A DNA stretch of 64,000 bases, taken from the NCBI RefSeq assembly GCF_006345805.1, contig NC_043013.1:11346001-11410000 (forward strand). The letters run 5' to 3'. The notes beneath the pieces were generated by a model. The model was given only the letters and a program-made list of their open reading frames with translations. It had not been told where the DNA came from and did no database searches. This document shows, piece after piece, positions 30,293 to 45,876 of this stretch (the stretch's first letter is position 1; every line of letters begins with the position of its first letter). The DNA is from Octopus sinensis. Taxonomy: Eukaryota. The position numbers were made by a program, and so were the translations under genes.

Positions 30293-30336
30293 GATTATTA
30301 TTATTATTATTATTGTTGTTATTATTATTATTATTA

Positions 30337-30394
<58 letters not shown>

Positions 30395-30398
30395 CATC
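30293..30398. repeat. (TAA/ATT)n tract at the 3' flank of the Dong-like LINE
   Basis: Visible directly. Confidence 0.95.
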
Positions 30399-30399
30399 A

Positions 30400-32484
<2,085 letters not shown>

Positions 32485-32976
32485 AGATATATATACACAC
32501 ATGTATGTTTATATATACATGTATATCTACTACTGTATTATGTATGTATTTAATCTCTCTCCCCCTCTCTCTCTTTCTATACATATATATATATATGTGT
32601 GTGTGTATGTGTATATATCTGTATGTTTATAGATACATTTACAAGGAATGATAAGTATACATAAATACATACACATACATATGGTTGGTGTGTGCGTGCG
32701 TCCATGGTTAGTGCCTACATATAGACGTACGTGTAAACGCGTGCGTTTGAAGTTTTCATATATATATGTTCTGTGTTAAAACTAAGCGACAATAGAATAA
32801 AGAGAAACAAATAAAAACAAAACTAAATAGAAAAATATAGACATAACAAACATCAACAATTATTTATTCAGAACGCAGTATAACTACCATGCTCTCATCG
32901 CAAGACTAAATACAGACATTTAGATATACACAAGAACTCACACATATATATAAATGCATACACACACATAATATAT

Positions 32977-33056
<80 letters not shown>

Positions 33057-33156
33057 ATATATATATACATACATACATACATACATATATATATATGCAT
33101 ATATGTATGTATATGTATGTATGTGGTTATGTATGTATGTGTATACGCGCATATAT

Positions 33157-33208
<52 letters not shown>

Positions 33209-34192
33209 ATATATATAATATATATATATATATACTTGAATATATAGACACATAGTCTGAAGACAAAACACGAGGGCAAGGGAGACATATACACTGTTAA
33301 ATAGTCTTTTATCATAATGAATTCGAAGTTCCTTTGACAAGTTTTGAATTTACTGGTGTATAAAACGACTAAAAACCGCCTATAATACATTCAAACATGT
33401 CGCTTTTGACGGTGGGCAAAGATTTAAAATGACAGACTTGTTGAGCTAGCAAAGTTCCTTCAAATCACTGATGCAGCTTTGAATGGCAATATATCGTTAC
33501 TTTTTCTTCATTTCAGCGCACAATAATTGCTTTTGTAAAATAGGTGAACATTTAAGTGTTTGAAATAAAATATAGCCTGTATTGGGGAAAACATTTGACG
33601 GTTCTTGTTGGCCAAACAGACAGCCCCAATGCAAACAGCCAGATATTCGTAGGATGTTCGGTGTATGAGTAGGCGAGAGTGTCCTGTATTGACATAGATA
33701 TAAGTTTTCATGTATCTCTGTAGCAATATATGTACATATATATATGTCCATCTATTTATATCTGTATGTACACATGTAGATATGTGTATATGCAAGCCTG
33801 TGTATACGCGGAAGAGAATATAAGTATATATGTTTGTATGCATGTGCGCATCTTTGTGAGAGCGTGCTTGCCTGTTAGTGGTAACCCATTATTGTAAATT
33901 ATATACGCATTCGGTTATATGTCTATATATTTACATATCTCCTCATTCATCTATGAATACAAATACACATACATATATACACATATATTTATATAGAAAT
34001 AGATAAACGCATACATACAATCATATAAAACACACACACGTACAGAGAGAGTGTGAGAGAGATGGCTATATATATATATATATTATATATATATATATAA
34101 TATATATATATAATATGTATGTATTTATGTATGTATGTCAATATATATAAAAGTGTTCGTGCGTAGGTGTGTGTGTGTGTGTGTGTGTCTGT

Positions 34193-34231
<39 letters not shown>

Positions 34232-34923
34232 GTGTGTGTGTGTGTGTGTATAAATGCATACAGTCATATTTCTATGTTCATACCTAATTTGATTACGATT
34301 TTATGAATAATCGCCTTGGGAATTATTATTTCTTTGTTCGATTTATATTTGACCAGAATATGTCTCCTCTGCCTTCCATATATATATATACATTCTTACG
34401 CACTTACATCTTGTATGTTTTTCCCACTCAGAAAGCACAGCAGATTTATGTGGTGATAGTAGTAGTGGTCGTGTTGGGGGGTACAAAATGTACGTATGGG
34501 AACACATAATTATACAAATACCATTATTAGCATATCTAGTGGCCGATGCTAACAGGTACTCACATACGTATACACACACACGCACACACACACACACACA
34601 CACACATATCTATACAATTGTTGAAACTCACATACATTCACTCTGTTTCTGTCAGTGTGTCTATCTGTCTCTGTCTGTCTGTCTCTCTGTCTCTCTCTTT
34701 CACGCGCACACGTGCATAGATACAAAATAAAAGTGTACTGCCTAGCGAGCAACCGGCTGAATTATTAGCGCTTCGGACAAATTGATCGGTAGCATTTCAT
34801 CCGGTTCTTTACATTTCGATTCAGAACTTGCTAAGGTCAACTTAGCAATTCATCCTATCAGAGTCGCTGAAATTATGTGGCGTCTGTAATATCAGCCATA
34901 GTTTTTCAAAAATACCAGCCTGG

Positions 34924-35008
<85 letters not shown>

Positions 35009-35509
35009 GTCTATCTATCTATCTATCATCAACTTCTTCAAGTATCACTTGAGAGTAGAGAGGCAAGTTTTGTCTAGTGAATGTCTTAAAAAAAGATGGG
35101 TGAATGTAGCAAGGATGGCACGTATGAATGACGAAGCCACCTTGACTATGATCCTATGAACCGTAACAATTAATACAGAGTTGCTTATTTGTAAAAAAAA
35201 TATAACATGTGACTTCATTGGCCGAGGTTACCGTGGTCTTTTCCGTAGGCTTTTTTTCCACGGGTAAATCTCACTTGTCCTCCCCTTTACACTTTATCTT
35301 GACATTTCTGTGATAACGATCCCTAATGATCGATTTTTTTCTATTTCCTTTTATTTTTATCCTCCCCTTTTTTTGGCTTTCCTCTTTCTTTCCTTTTACG
35401 ATCCCTTTTGATCGAAAACCATACCCCCTTTTTCCATCCCCAAAAAGAAAAGCTCTACCTTGTAATTTGTCCCGTCTGTGTGCAGCCCTGTGTGACTAAT
35501 AAAGAAATA

Positions 35510-35564
<55 letters not shown>

Positions 35565-35582
35565 TTAATCTATCTATCTATC

Positions 35583-35676
<94 letters not shown>

Positions 35677-36429
35677 TATATATATTATTATATATATATA
35701 TATGTATATATACATAAGGAGATATATTTAAGAAGTCACAAAAAATGGGGAGGAATAACTGACCTGTCTGTCTGAAACTTGCTGACTTATGTGTAGCTAA
35801 GGAATGTTTGCTTTTTTAAGGAACAGTGTGGGAGGTTGGTTGGGCAGGGAATATCTATGTGGAATCAAAATAATTTTTTTGTTTCTGGGCTAGTCTGTCA
35901 TGTTTCAGTGGTTTTGGGGACTGGTTTTAGAGGTCTGGATGGTGTGAGCGTGTGCGTGTGTGTGTCTGTGCACATCTCTATGTGTGTGTATGTATATATA
36001 TATATGTGCAAGTATTTGTGTGTGTGGACAGTTTTTGATAGTTCCCTAGGTACACACAAGACAGAAAATATCAGATAGTCAGCTTTTCCTCTCCAATGTT
36101 TTGTAAATTCTGTAATATATCTCGTGTATATACATATATGTACAGAAGGACACAAACATGATTTTTATTGAACTCAGAAAACTTATTTTATTCCCTTTCT
36201 TAAATACTTTCATGTGAACTGTTTAACAATTTCTTATCATGATCAAAGACTGCATAACTGTATTTTAATACTTTTGTGTTAACAATTTTTTAACACAACA
36301 AAGTTTATACAAAACCTTACATTTTATATTTTATAATCTTTTATTAGAAACGTGAAACCGGTCAAGTCAATAAACATCTCTAAAAGACGTTTGCTTTTTC
36401 AAAATTCTTTCATATATATATATAGATAA

Positions 36430-36482
<53 letters not shown>

Positions 36483-36489
<7 letters not shown>

Positions 36490-36659
36490 GTAATATGTGA
36501 CAATTATTCGATAGCCATGATAAATCTCCGAGTTTCGGATGCCTAGGAGGAAATCCACGCGGATAACTGAAGAGATGGTGGTGTGGATTTCCACCTCGGC
36601 ATCCGAAACTCGGAGTTTTATCATGGCTACCGAATAATTGTCACATATTACATTTACAG
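36483..36659. mobile_element. Hairpin MITE-like element: ~76-bp stem, ~24-nt loop
   Basis: TGTAAATGTAATATGTGACAATTATTCG...GGAAATCCAC and its reverse complement, with about 4 mismatches and 1 indel. Confidence 0.85.
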
Positions 36660-36761
36660 ATAAAGTTCCTCTATTTACATAATATCGAGGTCTCTTTCTT
36701 TCTTTTGTTGTCTTACCATTTTTATCAGTATATACACTATATATTCACCGCATCCAGAGTA

Positions 36762-36817
<56 letters not shown>

Positions 36818-37022
36818 ATGTATGTATATCTTTACACAAACATACTATACACTCCTATATATATTTGTGTGTGTATGTGTGTGCGCGTGTGTATGTGTGA
36901 GTCAGATGCCACCATATAACGCGTAAACATACATATTGCATGTAGTAACAAAATTTGGAGAAATTCAGACACACAGAGTTATACTTACGCTCATACAAAA
37001 CACACATACACACAAGAAGTCA

Positions 37023-37059
<37 letters not shown>

Positions 37060-37393
37060 GTTTGTGTGTATGCACAGTTATATACATATAGATCTAGAAA
37101 TAGAACAAAAATAACACGAACAGACAACAACAACAAAAACAATTCGTGACACGTCATTGTTCGCCGAGTGAAAACTATGAGGTCTATGAATAGTGATATT
37201 CGTGTTGGCCGTCATGGTCGTATGCTTACGTTGCTTTTACTTAGATGACCGGGTGAAACCATACCTGGCAGGGTCATTCCAGGGTGATGTAATGTCTGAC
37301 CCATCTAGGTCAGGGCACAACCCCGAAAATTATATTGCTGCTTGGAATAATGTATTAATCTTAGTTGTTTCTATAAGCAAAACCTTCTGTCCA

Positions 37394-37458
<65 letters not shown>

Positions 37459-37680
37459 ATCTTCCTTTCGGAGGAACAGTCGTGTTGTTGTTGTTGGTGC
37501 TGATGATGTTGTTGCTGGTTGCTGTTGTTCATTGTCGCTTAGCTTCGAGTCAAAGCTGTTCGTATTAAACCTACTTACTACCAACAGCCTTCCGTCCGTG
37601 ATCATCCAGTTGTTCTTAATAACAACTAGCATTCTTGTACGTATCTTGCAGAAACAACTGTAGAAGTTTAATAAAGGGAC

Positions 37681-37832
37681 AGGAGTGGCTGTGTGGTAAG
37701 TAGCTTGCTTACGAACCACATGGTTCCGGGTTCAGTCCCACTGCGTAGCACCTTAGTGTCTTCTGCTATAGCCTCGGGTCGACCAAAGCCTTGTGAGTGG
37801 ATTTGGTAGACGGAAACTGAAAGAAGCCTGTC

Positions 37833-37871
<39 letters not shown>

Positions 37872-38108
37872 CATACATATGTGTGTGTGTTTGTGTTTGT
37901 GTGTCTGTGTTTGTGCCCTCAACATCGCTTGGCAACTGATGCTGGCGTGTTTAAGTCCCCGTAACTTAGCGTTTCGGCAAAAGAGACCGAGAGAATAAGT
38001 ACTAGGCTTACAAAGAATAAGTCCTGGTGTCGATTTGCTCGACTAAAGGCGATGCTCCAGCGCGGCCACAGTCAAATAACTGAAACAAGTAAAAGAGCAA
38101 AAGAATAA
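37681..38108 (+). mobile_element. Full-length family B CORE-SINE
   Basis: Same architecture as 23025-23455; small deletion in the CORE motif. Confidence 0.9.
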
Positions 38109-38204
38109 ATTGGCTATGTCCGCTTCCGGATTCCAAACTAGGATATTGATGTAGAAGAGTCCTTAAACCTTCGGAGATAACTTATTGTGGTGTCTGATAA
38201 TTAA

Positions 38205-38340
38205 CCCTTTGAGCCCTGACCTCATTAGTCTTATTTTACTATATACCTGGCACTCCACCTGTGCTACGGTATAGAGCGGTGCTACGGTACAGAGAAAAAT
38301 AAGCCATCCACTGGTAAACCGGTGTTACGGGCTCGAAGGG
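38205..38340. mobile_element. 136-bp piggyBac-like MITE
   Basis: TTAA|CCCTTTGAGCCC ... GGGCTCGAAGGG|TTAA. Confidence 0.8.
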
Positions 38341-39327
38341 TTAAGATATCAGTGCAGATCCAGAATCGGTTCTTCTACTATTTGTTTGATTTTGTTTCTC
38401 TCTATAAGACTTCGGTTGTATTTACATCTGGTGACAGCAGCATTCCACAAGGTATAGAAATCAAAAATATGCTGTGTTACTGATTGATTCTCTTATGACC
38501 CCATCAAGATTTTACAGCTAAACATAATAAAATTCGGCTGCATGCGTCAGTAAAACTTATTCCATAAATTTTGTAATGATTTCTCATCATGTATTAAGAA
38601 TCCAAGGTTTCCTACCTATTTCTTTGTTCATAATGATTAAATAAAGTTGGAAAATATATGCACAGAGTGCAATGACTAAATTCGCAAAAATGAAAATAAT
38701 ACATCTCATTTTAACTCATATTTACCAAAATCGCATGGAAATTTACCTGAAATATTAAAGAGGAAATTTCTTCAATAAAATCACCGTTGGCTTCAGCGAG
38801 GGTCTCCCGGCGACTTTGGAATATCCTGCAACTGTTGTGGATGATCTCCTTTTTTCTAGATCAATATATATATAATTGTGTATACACACAAGCGTTATAA
38901 TGTATATCGTTAGATCACCTGTGAACTAAACCCCATACTTTGTGTGTGTATATATACAAGGGCCCGGGAACAGGGGGTGCACCTGCACCCCTTGGAATTT
39001 TCAGGTGGTGCAATATCAAAAGTTACGCCCCCTACATAATTTTACCAGTTTCAGAAAATAGTGTCTAAAAAATTATCTGTATAAGATGCTTGAAGCTGGA
39101 TTTCGTTTCAAAGCAAAAACAAAGAACAAAAATAGATAAATAAAAGTGATGAAGCTGGGCTTAAAATTCCCAAGGGAATTTATGACTAACCAACTTCTTA
39201 AGCATAGTAGCGTCAAAATAAAAAGTATGTGACAACAACAACAGTAGCAGCAAACAACAAGAACAACAATATGACCAGCATCTACCGCTACTCTTCAATA
39301 CATAGCATTACTTGGATTCTTGAATCG

Positions 39328-39545
39328 GAAACTTCATGAGAATTCCCGAGGATTTTCTGACTTCCGGAAAGTTTCGTAGAAAACTTCATGGGAAGTTCCG
39401 ATGATTTTGACTTCCGGGAAGTTTCGTCGAAAACTTCATGGGAATTCCCGAGGGTTTTCTGACTCCCGGGAAGTTTCATCGAAAACTCCATGGGAAGTTC
39501 CGATGATTTTCTGACCTCCAGAAGGTTTCGTTGAGAACTTCATGG
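39328..39545. repeat. ~52-bp minisatellite, about 4.2 units, alternating A/B variants
   Basis: Unit AAAACTTCATGGGAAGTTCCGATGATTTTCTGACTTCCGGGAAGTTTCGTCG. Confidence 0.9.
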
Positions 39546-40440
39546 TAAGTTTTGTGTTGAAATATGCAGATCATACTAAGCTGTACCTTGAAATAAAAAG
39601 AACATATACTATCCTGCAATCATATCTTGATACACTGCAGCAGTGGACCTCTGCCTGGCAACTCAAGCTATCTGTAAACAAGTCTTCCACCATTTATTTT
39701 GGGAGGAAAATCCAGCTTTTCCGTAATCCCTCAGCTACACTAATCTCAAGAATTCTTCTGGTGGACATGTTCTGCGTATTATTTATTGTAAACAACAATC
39801 TTCGTTGGACAAACCACATATCTAAGATTGTCAAAAATGCTGAGGTGGTGGTAGCATCACTCAGTAAGACCTTTGTCAGCCACTCTCCAGTTATCTATTT
39901 AAAATGTATACAACAATGGTATGTCCACACTTGGAATTTTATAGCCAGTCTGGAACCCCTCTCTTTCTCAGCATATAAATCTGGAAACTGTTCAGAAATG
40001 TGCAACAGAGCAAATACCCACCGTTAGACATCTACCATACTCTGAACGTCTTACATTCCTGGGCATGGATACATTGAAGCCCAGACGTCTGGAAACTGAC
40101 TTGATTGACGCCCACAAGATTATCCACCATATTTCCAACAACCTTGCGTGCCTTTTTGAATTCCATATGACAAACACTCACGGACATGCTTATAAAATCA
40201 AAAATCAACAGAGCACCCATGACTTTCGGAGACAATTTTTCATTTTCAGAATTGCAGAAGCAAGGAATAAACTACCTGCATCAGTTGTTAGCTGTCAAGA
40301 CATTACATCCTTCAAAACTTCCATGTGTCCTGAAATCCGCCAACAGTACACCTGATTGCCATTTTTTTCTTTTTAGTTGTAGTGCACCTGAGCACTGTAT
40401 GCAACACTTCCCTTTATCATTATATATATGTTTTTACGTG
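39546..40440 (+). mobile_element. 5'-truncated CR1-clade LINE (RT C-terminus and 3'UTR)
   Basis: KYADHTKLY...WQLKLSVNK...NNNLRWTNHI...YSERL...RRLETDLI...GHAYKI...NKLP; frameshifts. Confidence 0.9.
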
Positions 40441-40794
40441 CCACCGGCACAGGGACTAATTTCCTGCCTAGTACTCATTTCGGATCCCCAATTTATCTTT
40501 CCGCGTTTCATTATTTTCTTTCCTTCTAGCTTCCTTCATTCTACCCCATCTCTCTATCCTTCTCCTGAGCCTTCTCATTGTACCTTTGGAACACAAGCAC
40601 CACTATTTTCTTCCTTTTCTTTTTTGTTAGTTTTTGTCATGCAGTGTCCCACATTTTGCAATACTTGTAATTTGTATTTTTACTGCTTATTTTAGCTCTG
40701 CTTGATACATTTCCAAAATTTAACATTTTAATATGCAAAATATACTTCACATTATTATATATACTATGCATTAATGCAAAAAATATTGTGTTTA

Positions 40795-41278
40795 ATGGCT
40801 ATCTTCAAAATGATCACACCAGCAATGGAAAATTTCAATACCAACTTCCTAAGGCAGTTATGAAAGGCTATCAAGACCAAACACCCAGAAAAACTGATGA
40901 ATGGGGTCTTGTTTCATTAGGATAATGCTTCAGCACACAAGTCTTTGGTTTCAATGGCTGCTGTATGTGACTGTCTTTGAACTGGTTGATCATGCTCCCT
41001 ATGCTAGTGATTTGGTTCCTTCTGGTTATCATCTGCTTCCCAACATAGAAAAAAACTCAGCTGAGCACCAGTAGCACTATGATGAGAACATCTTATCTGT
41101 TGTTGATGACCATTTTGATAAACAGAAAAGTTTCTTCATCAGTGCGACCCAAGCACTGCAACTACTAATGGAAGTGTGTGGACAGTAAGAGGAACTATGT
41201 TAGAAAATCAACTTCATTTGGTCACATTCCATTGAGAGTGTCTTGCTCAGATTAGGAATATTTCAGCCGACCCTCATA
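40795..41278 (+). mobile_element. Degenerate mariner C-terminus and TIR; same family as 22633, opposite orientation
   Basis: GVLFH*DNASAHKSLVSMAA...; ends TATTTCAGCCGACCCTCATA. Confidence 0.85.
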
Positions 41279-41398
41279 ATAATAAAAATTATTATACCTG
41301 CATTTGATTTAATGTTAACATTGGAAAAATCCACATTTTTCATTAAAAAATATAGGACCTGGGTTTGCACCCCCTTAGCAAATTTTGTTGCTGGACCA

Positions 41399-41445
<47 letters not shown>

Positions 41446-41676
41446 CACATATGTATATATGGATACAGGACATCACCTGTAAACAACATGAAATACGAGA
41501 AAAAAATGAGTTTAATACGCAAACAACGAGAGAAACAAATGGGAAACACGATAAATAACAAAGAACTAGCCTTCATCAGTCGTCAGCTCTGCTCCTCATT
41601 TCGAGTGCTCCTCTGCTCCTCATTTCGAGTGCTGAACGACAATACTCGAAAGTAAGTGACTAAAAATGTAATATAT

Positions 41677-41901
41677 TTCTTTACTACCCACAAGGGGCTA
41701 AACACAGAGTGGACAAACAAGGACAGACAGACGGATTAAGTCGATTACATCGACTCCAGTTCGTAACTGGTACTTAATTTATCGACCCCGAAAAGATGAA
41801 AGGCAAAGTCGACCTCGGCGGAATTTGAACCCTGAATGTAACGGCAGACGAAATACGGCTACGCATTTCGCCCGGCGTGCTAACGTTTCTGCCAGTTCGC
41901 C
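41677..41901 (-). mobile_element. Family A SINE, one body unit, inserted in a Penelope relic
   Basis: TSD GACTAAAAATGTAATATAT at 41658-41676 and 41902-41920. Confidence 0.9.
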
Positions 41902-42290
41902 GACTAAAAATGTAATATATAGATGTAAAGTTACATCTGGGGATAAGGAATTCATTTACATCGGTGGGACACCATTAATTTTCAACATGAGGCTGGTAAA
42001 TCATTTGAGTTCATTTAATTTAAAGTCAATGATAAAGGGTCCCAAACGAGTCTCATCAAGTTAATCAGGTCTTTTAAGGACAGTATCAAGCACTATACTA
42101 TTAGATGGGAGTTTATTTGCACAGCAAATCCATACAAACTTGAAACCTATAGGTGTAACGCGTTTAGAAGAATTTTACCGAATTTTTACATCCAAGGTTA
42201 ATGTAATAAATTCTAAACAGGTATCAGCACTGAGATACTTGCACACGAGGAAGTTCATATTTGCCAAGTATAACTGAATGTCATTTCAAC
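41902..42290 (+). pseudogene. Penelope-like element GIY-YIG endonuclease relic
   Basis: TKNVIYRCKV...YIGGT...RLVNHLSSF...IRWEFICTANPY...RCN..EE...NSKQ...LHTRKF. Confidence 0.75.
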
Positions 42291-42603
42291 TGCAGAAGGT
42301 TTTAAAACGACGGGCTAAAATGATTATCCAGTAAGGTCTTGAAATGGAGATTTTTCGCGTCTAACTTAACGGACAACTCTACATTGTACAACGCAGAGTA
42401 GATAAAATAAAATTTTTATAAGTCATATCCAGGGTATCAAATAAAGACCAAGGAGAAACTGCACCAGCTATATAGTAAGTTTGCAATTGCAACGGTTGCT
42501 AATCAGTGCAAACTGAAATACATATTGGCCTATGTAGGGCGGTATATATATTAAATAATTAAAGGTAATGCTATGCAACTATGCAATCCTTATCATTAAT
42601 ATT

Positions 42604-42637
<34 letters not shown>

Positions 42638-42640
<3 letters not shown>

Positions 42641-42980
42641 GGTCCAGGAGTGGCTGTGTGGTAAGTAGCTAGTTTACCAGCCACATGGTTTCGGGTTCAG
42701 CCTTGTGAGTGGATTTGGTAGACGGAAACTGAAAGAAGCCCGTCGTATATATGTATATATATGTGTGCGTGTATGTTTGTGTTTGTCCCCCTAGCATTGC
42801 TTGACAACCGATGCTGGTGTGTTTACGTCCCCGTCACTTAGCGGTTCGGCAAAAGGGACCTATAGAATAAGTACTGGGCTTACAAAGAATAAGTCACGGG
42901 GTCAAGTTGCTCGATTTAAGGCGGTGCTCCAGCATGGCCGCAGTCAAATGACTGAAACAAGTAAAAGAGTAAAAGAGAGA
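42638..42980 (+). mobile_element. Family B SINE with an internal deletion
   Basis: Head and tail present, CORE segment deleted. Confidence 0.85.
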
Positions 42981-44070
42981 GTATATATCCAAGACTGACC
43001 CTCGAGACATACGCCTCTCTAAAAATCGAACTCGCATTACACAATATTTGCCTCACAAAATTCTCACTTTAAATAGACCTACCTTATTCAACATAATCCG
43101 AGTCAAATTAAAAAAGGAAAATAACGTGTACCAGCCAAATAATCCCAGGAGAAATTTCACAAAGAAATACCAGACAAGCCATCAGCACTCGGTTAGATAT
43201 CGTCAAACAATATTTCCTTTCTTGAATTATGATGTCCTGTAATATGACAATATATTGGCTATATATGGATAATCTAATGCAACGAGCTGGTAGAATCGTT
43301 ACTCCACCATAATTTTGTGGTCAATAAAATAAGTACCAGTTAAACATTGGAATCAATGTAATCGACTTAATACTTTCCCGAAATTGCTTGCCTTGTGCAA
43401 AAATTTGAAATCAATATATTAGCTATCTTCCGGTCGGTGTTGAGAGGGGAGCTGAGGGTCACTTCTGAAAAGAAACTTATGAGTAAGGGCCATTCTTGTT
43501 ATTTGCTCATTTACAATAACTGTTAAATTCACTTTTATTTCATTCCATGAGATGTCCAAACATTCGTCTGATAACGGCTCCTTCACCACTGACACTTTTC
43601 TACTGCAATGATGGTATTCAGTCGGTAACCAGATCACATTTGGTCCATGAAAATTGAACTCCCTCACGAAATAAATTAACATTGAATCCAAACGTTTTCT
43701 TGTTTATTTCAAAGAACTGAAATAATTCTTCAAGTATATAAGTGCTCTGGCTTCAATACATTATCTCAGAGCGAGTCATTTCCCAAGTACAGCTCCGAAA
43801 CGGGTATTTACCATTTTGCATATACAAAAAAGGAACTGACTTCTCATTTTTGTGTTTCGTTTAACAATATTATAGCTGTGTACTAGTGTGTTGAAGCAGA
43901 TTTTGTTGTATTGTGTGAGGGTCATTATGTTATTAAATAAAACACGCACTGGTTCTGATTCAGACAGACCTGAAGCAGGCCTGAAGCAGATCTGTAGTAG
44001 AGAAAGCTTGTCATTGATGAGGTCGTGGTTGGCGGTGAAAGGATCCACACAATTATTATGAAGTCGTAAA

Positions 44071-44287
44071 GGCGGCGAGCTGGCAGAAACGTTAGCACGC
44101 TGAGCGAAATGCTTAGCGGTATTTCGTCTGCCGCTACGTTCTCAATTCAAATCCCGCCGAGGTTGACTTTGCCTTTCATCCTTTCAAGGTCGATTAAATA
44201 AGTACCAGTTACGCACTGGGCTCGATGTAATCGATTTAATACGTTTGTCTGTTTGTCCTCTCTGTGTGTAGCCCCTTGTAAAGAAAT
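44071..44287 (+). mobile_element. Family A SINE
   Basis: GGCGGCGAGCTGGCAGAAACGTTAGCACG head. Confidence 0.9.
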
Positions 44288-44691
44288 AGGTGAAAGGACC
44301 CATACAATCGTAACTTATTGATTGACAGAACGATTAATCATTGAATCAATTATCTAAATAAGTGGTTCTCGATAATTTTTTTTTGTCTACAGGTCGAGGG
44401 TTGATCCCTATGCACGACAGACCACTTGGCTGGGTGGCCAATACTCTGTTCCTTCGATTATATCGGATATTGCCAAGTGAATCGACGGGTTTGAAATTTT
44501 TTCTCTTCCAGTTTGCATTCATGAGATTCTGATCGACCGGAGGCAACTGTTGTAAACACTCAATATGGGGGCGCAATATCATCGAAACAAAAATGACACA
44601 AGTGTACCGTGAGCTTTTTAAACGAACACACGACCAAGTTTCCCTGTACTTCCAGGAAAACAGATAGATAGATACATACATACATACATAG

Positions 44692-44729
<38 letters not shown>

Positions 44730-45469
44730 GGTGAGACTGAGTCGGGGAGAGAAACGGTGCGAGAGAGTGACCTTGTAATTTATGAATATATCGTGACAAT
44801 AATAATTTCAAATCTTCGCACAGCCAATAGTTTTTGAGGGGCGAGGAAATTCAAATACATCGATTCCCAGTAATTGACGAGGACTTATTTTATAGACCCT
44901 GAAATACTGAAAGGCAAAGTCAACCACGGAAGCATTTGAACTCAGAATGTGAAAAAGGGACGAAATGCCGCAAGGTATTTTGCTCGTTGTGCTTATGGTT
45001 ATGCCACCTCACCGCCTTACATATGGACATAATAATGTAACTGGGCAGCAGTGACAAAGGGCTATACGTTTTCACGAAAAAATCAGGCAGTGATATTTGA
45101 ATACCTTTTACCTTTCACTTGTTTCACTCATTAGAGCGGGGCATCACCTTGAGGAATTTTTAGTCGAATATATCGGCACCTGTACGTTATGGGAACGTGA
45201 ACACAGCAAAAGCGGTTGTCAAGCGGTGGCGGAGAACCAACACAGACACAGAAACACACATTCACAGACATATCTATATACTAAGGGCTTCTTTCATTTT
45301 CCGTCTACTAAATCTCACTTCCCCAAAGTGCCACCCAGTGGGACTGAACCCGGAACTATTTGGAGACGTTACTGAGCACCCAACATACTTTGTTCAGTGC
45401 TGCTTAAGGGGCTTAGCATTAATTCAAATTTTGGCAAAAGACCAGCAATTTTGAGGGAGGGGCTAAGTC

Positions 45470-45876
45470 GGATCTTTTCAGTTTGAACGGCAGTTTTTTC
45501 TAGCGATCTATTGCATTTCTAGTATCGATCTATTGCATTTCAATCTGTTTTAGGGTTAGGGTTAGGGTTGGAGTTAGCAGTGGGGGAAGGGTATTTTTTT
45601 TCTTCATAAATGTAAATAAACCCAATCTGTTTCTTAAACGAGGGACATATTCATACGGCACAGAATGTTTTTTTACCTCGATAGACGTCAGTGATTGGTT
45701 GAAACTGCAGAAATTAAAGAAAAAAAACAACAAATATCTTACAAACTATAGAATTTTCTCAATAAAGCTAAGAGAAAAAGATGTTTTATAAACACATTCT
45801 ATCAGTATACGAAGTTTAAAATTGTTTAGTTACCTAGAAATTATGTTAAAAACTGCTGTTCAAACGGAAAAGATCC
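45470..45876. mobile_element. 407-bp MITE with ~29-bp TIRs, 8-bp TSD and an internal (TTAGGG)3
   Basis: GCTAAGTC|GGATCTTTTCAGTTTGAACGGCAG...CTGCTGTTCAAACGGAAAAGATCC|GCTAAGTC; inserted in a degenerate family A SINE. Confidence 0.9.

Noticed and set aside
37245-37330. Plus-strand exon candidate DDRVKPYLAGSFQGDVMSDPS
   Set aside because: No homology recognised, ambiguous donor, and it may belong to a dispersed repeat
39328-39545. CRISPR-like palindromic repeat array
   Set aside because: Contiguous tandem units with no unique spacers, eukaryotic context and no cas genes
44393-44480. Plus-strand exon candidate SRVDPYARQTTWLGGQYSVPSIISDIAK*
   Set aside because: The poly-T acceptor resembles a degenerate MITE end (AGTGGTTCTC...TTTTTTGTCTA), and there is no recognisable homology or partner exon; worth an RNA-seq look but not supportable
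45550-45567. Telomere or chromosome-fusion scar
   Set aside because: Only three units, embedded in a MITE present twice
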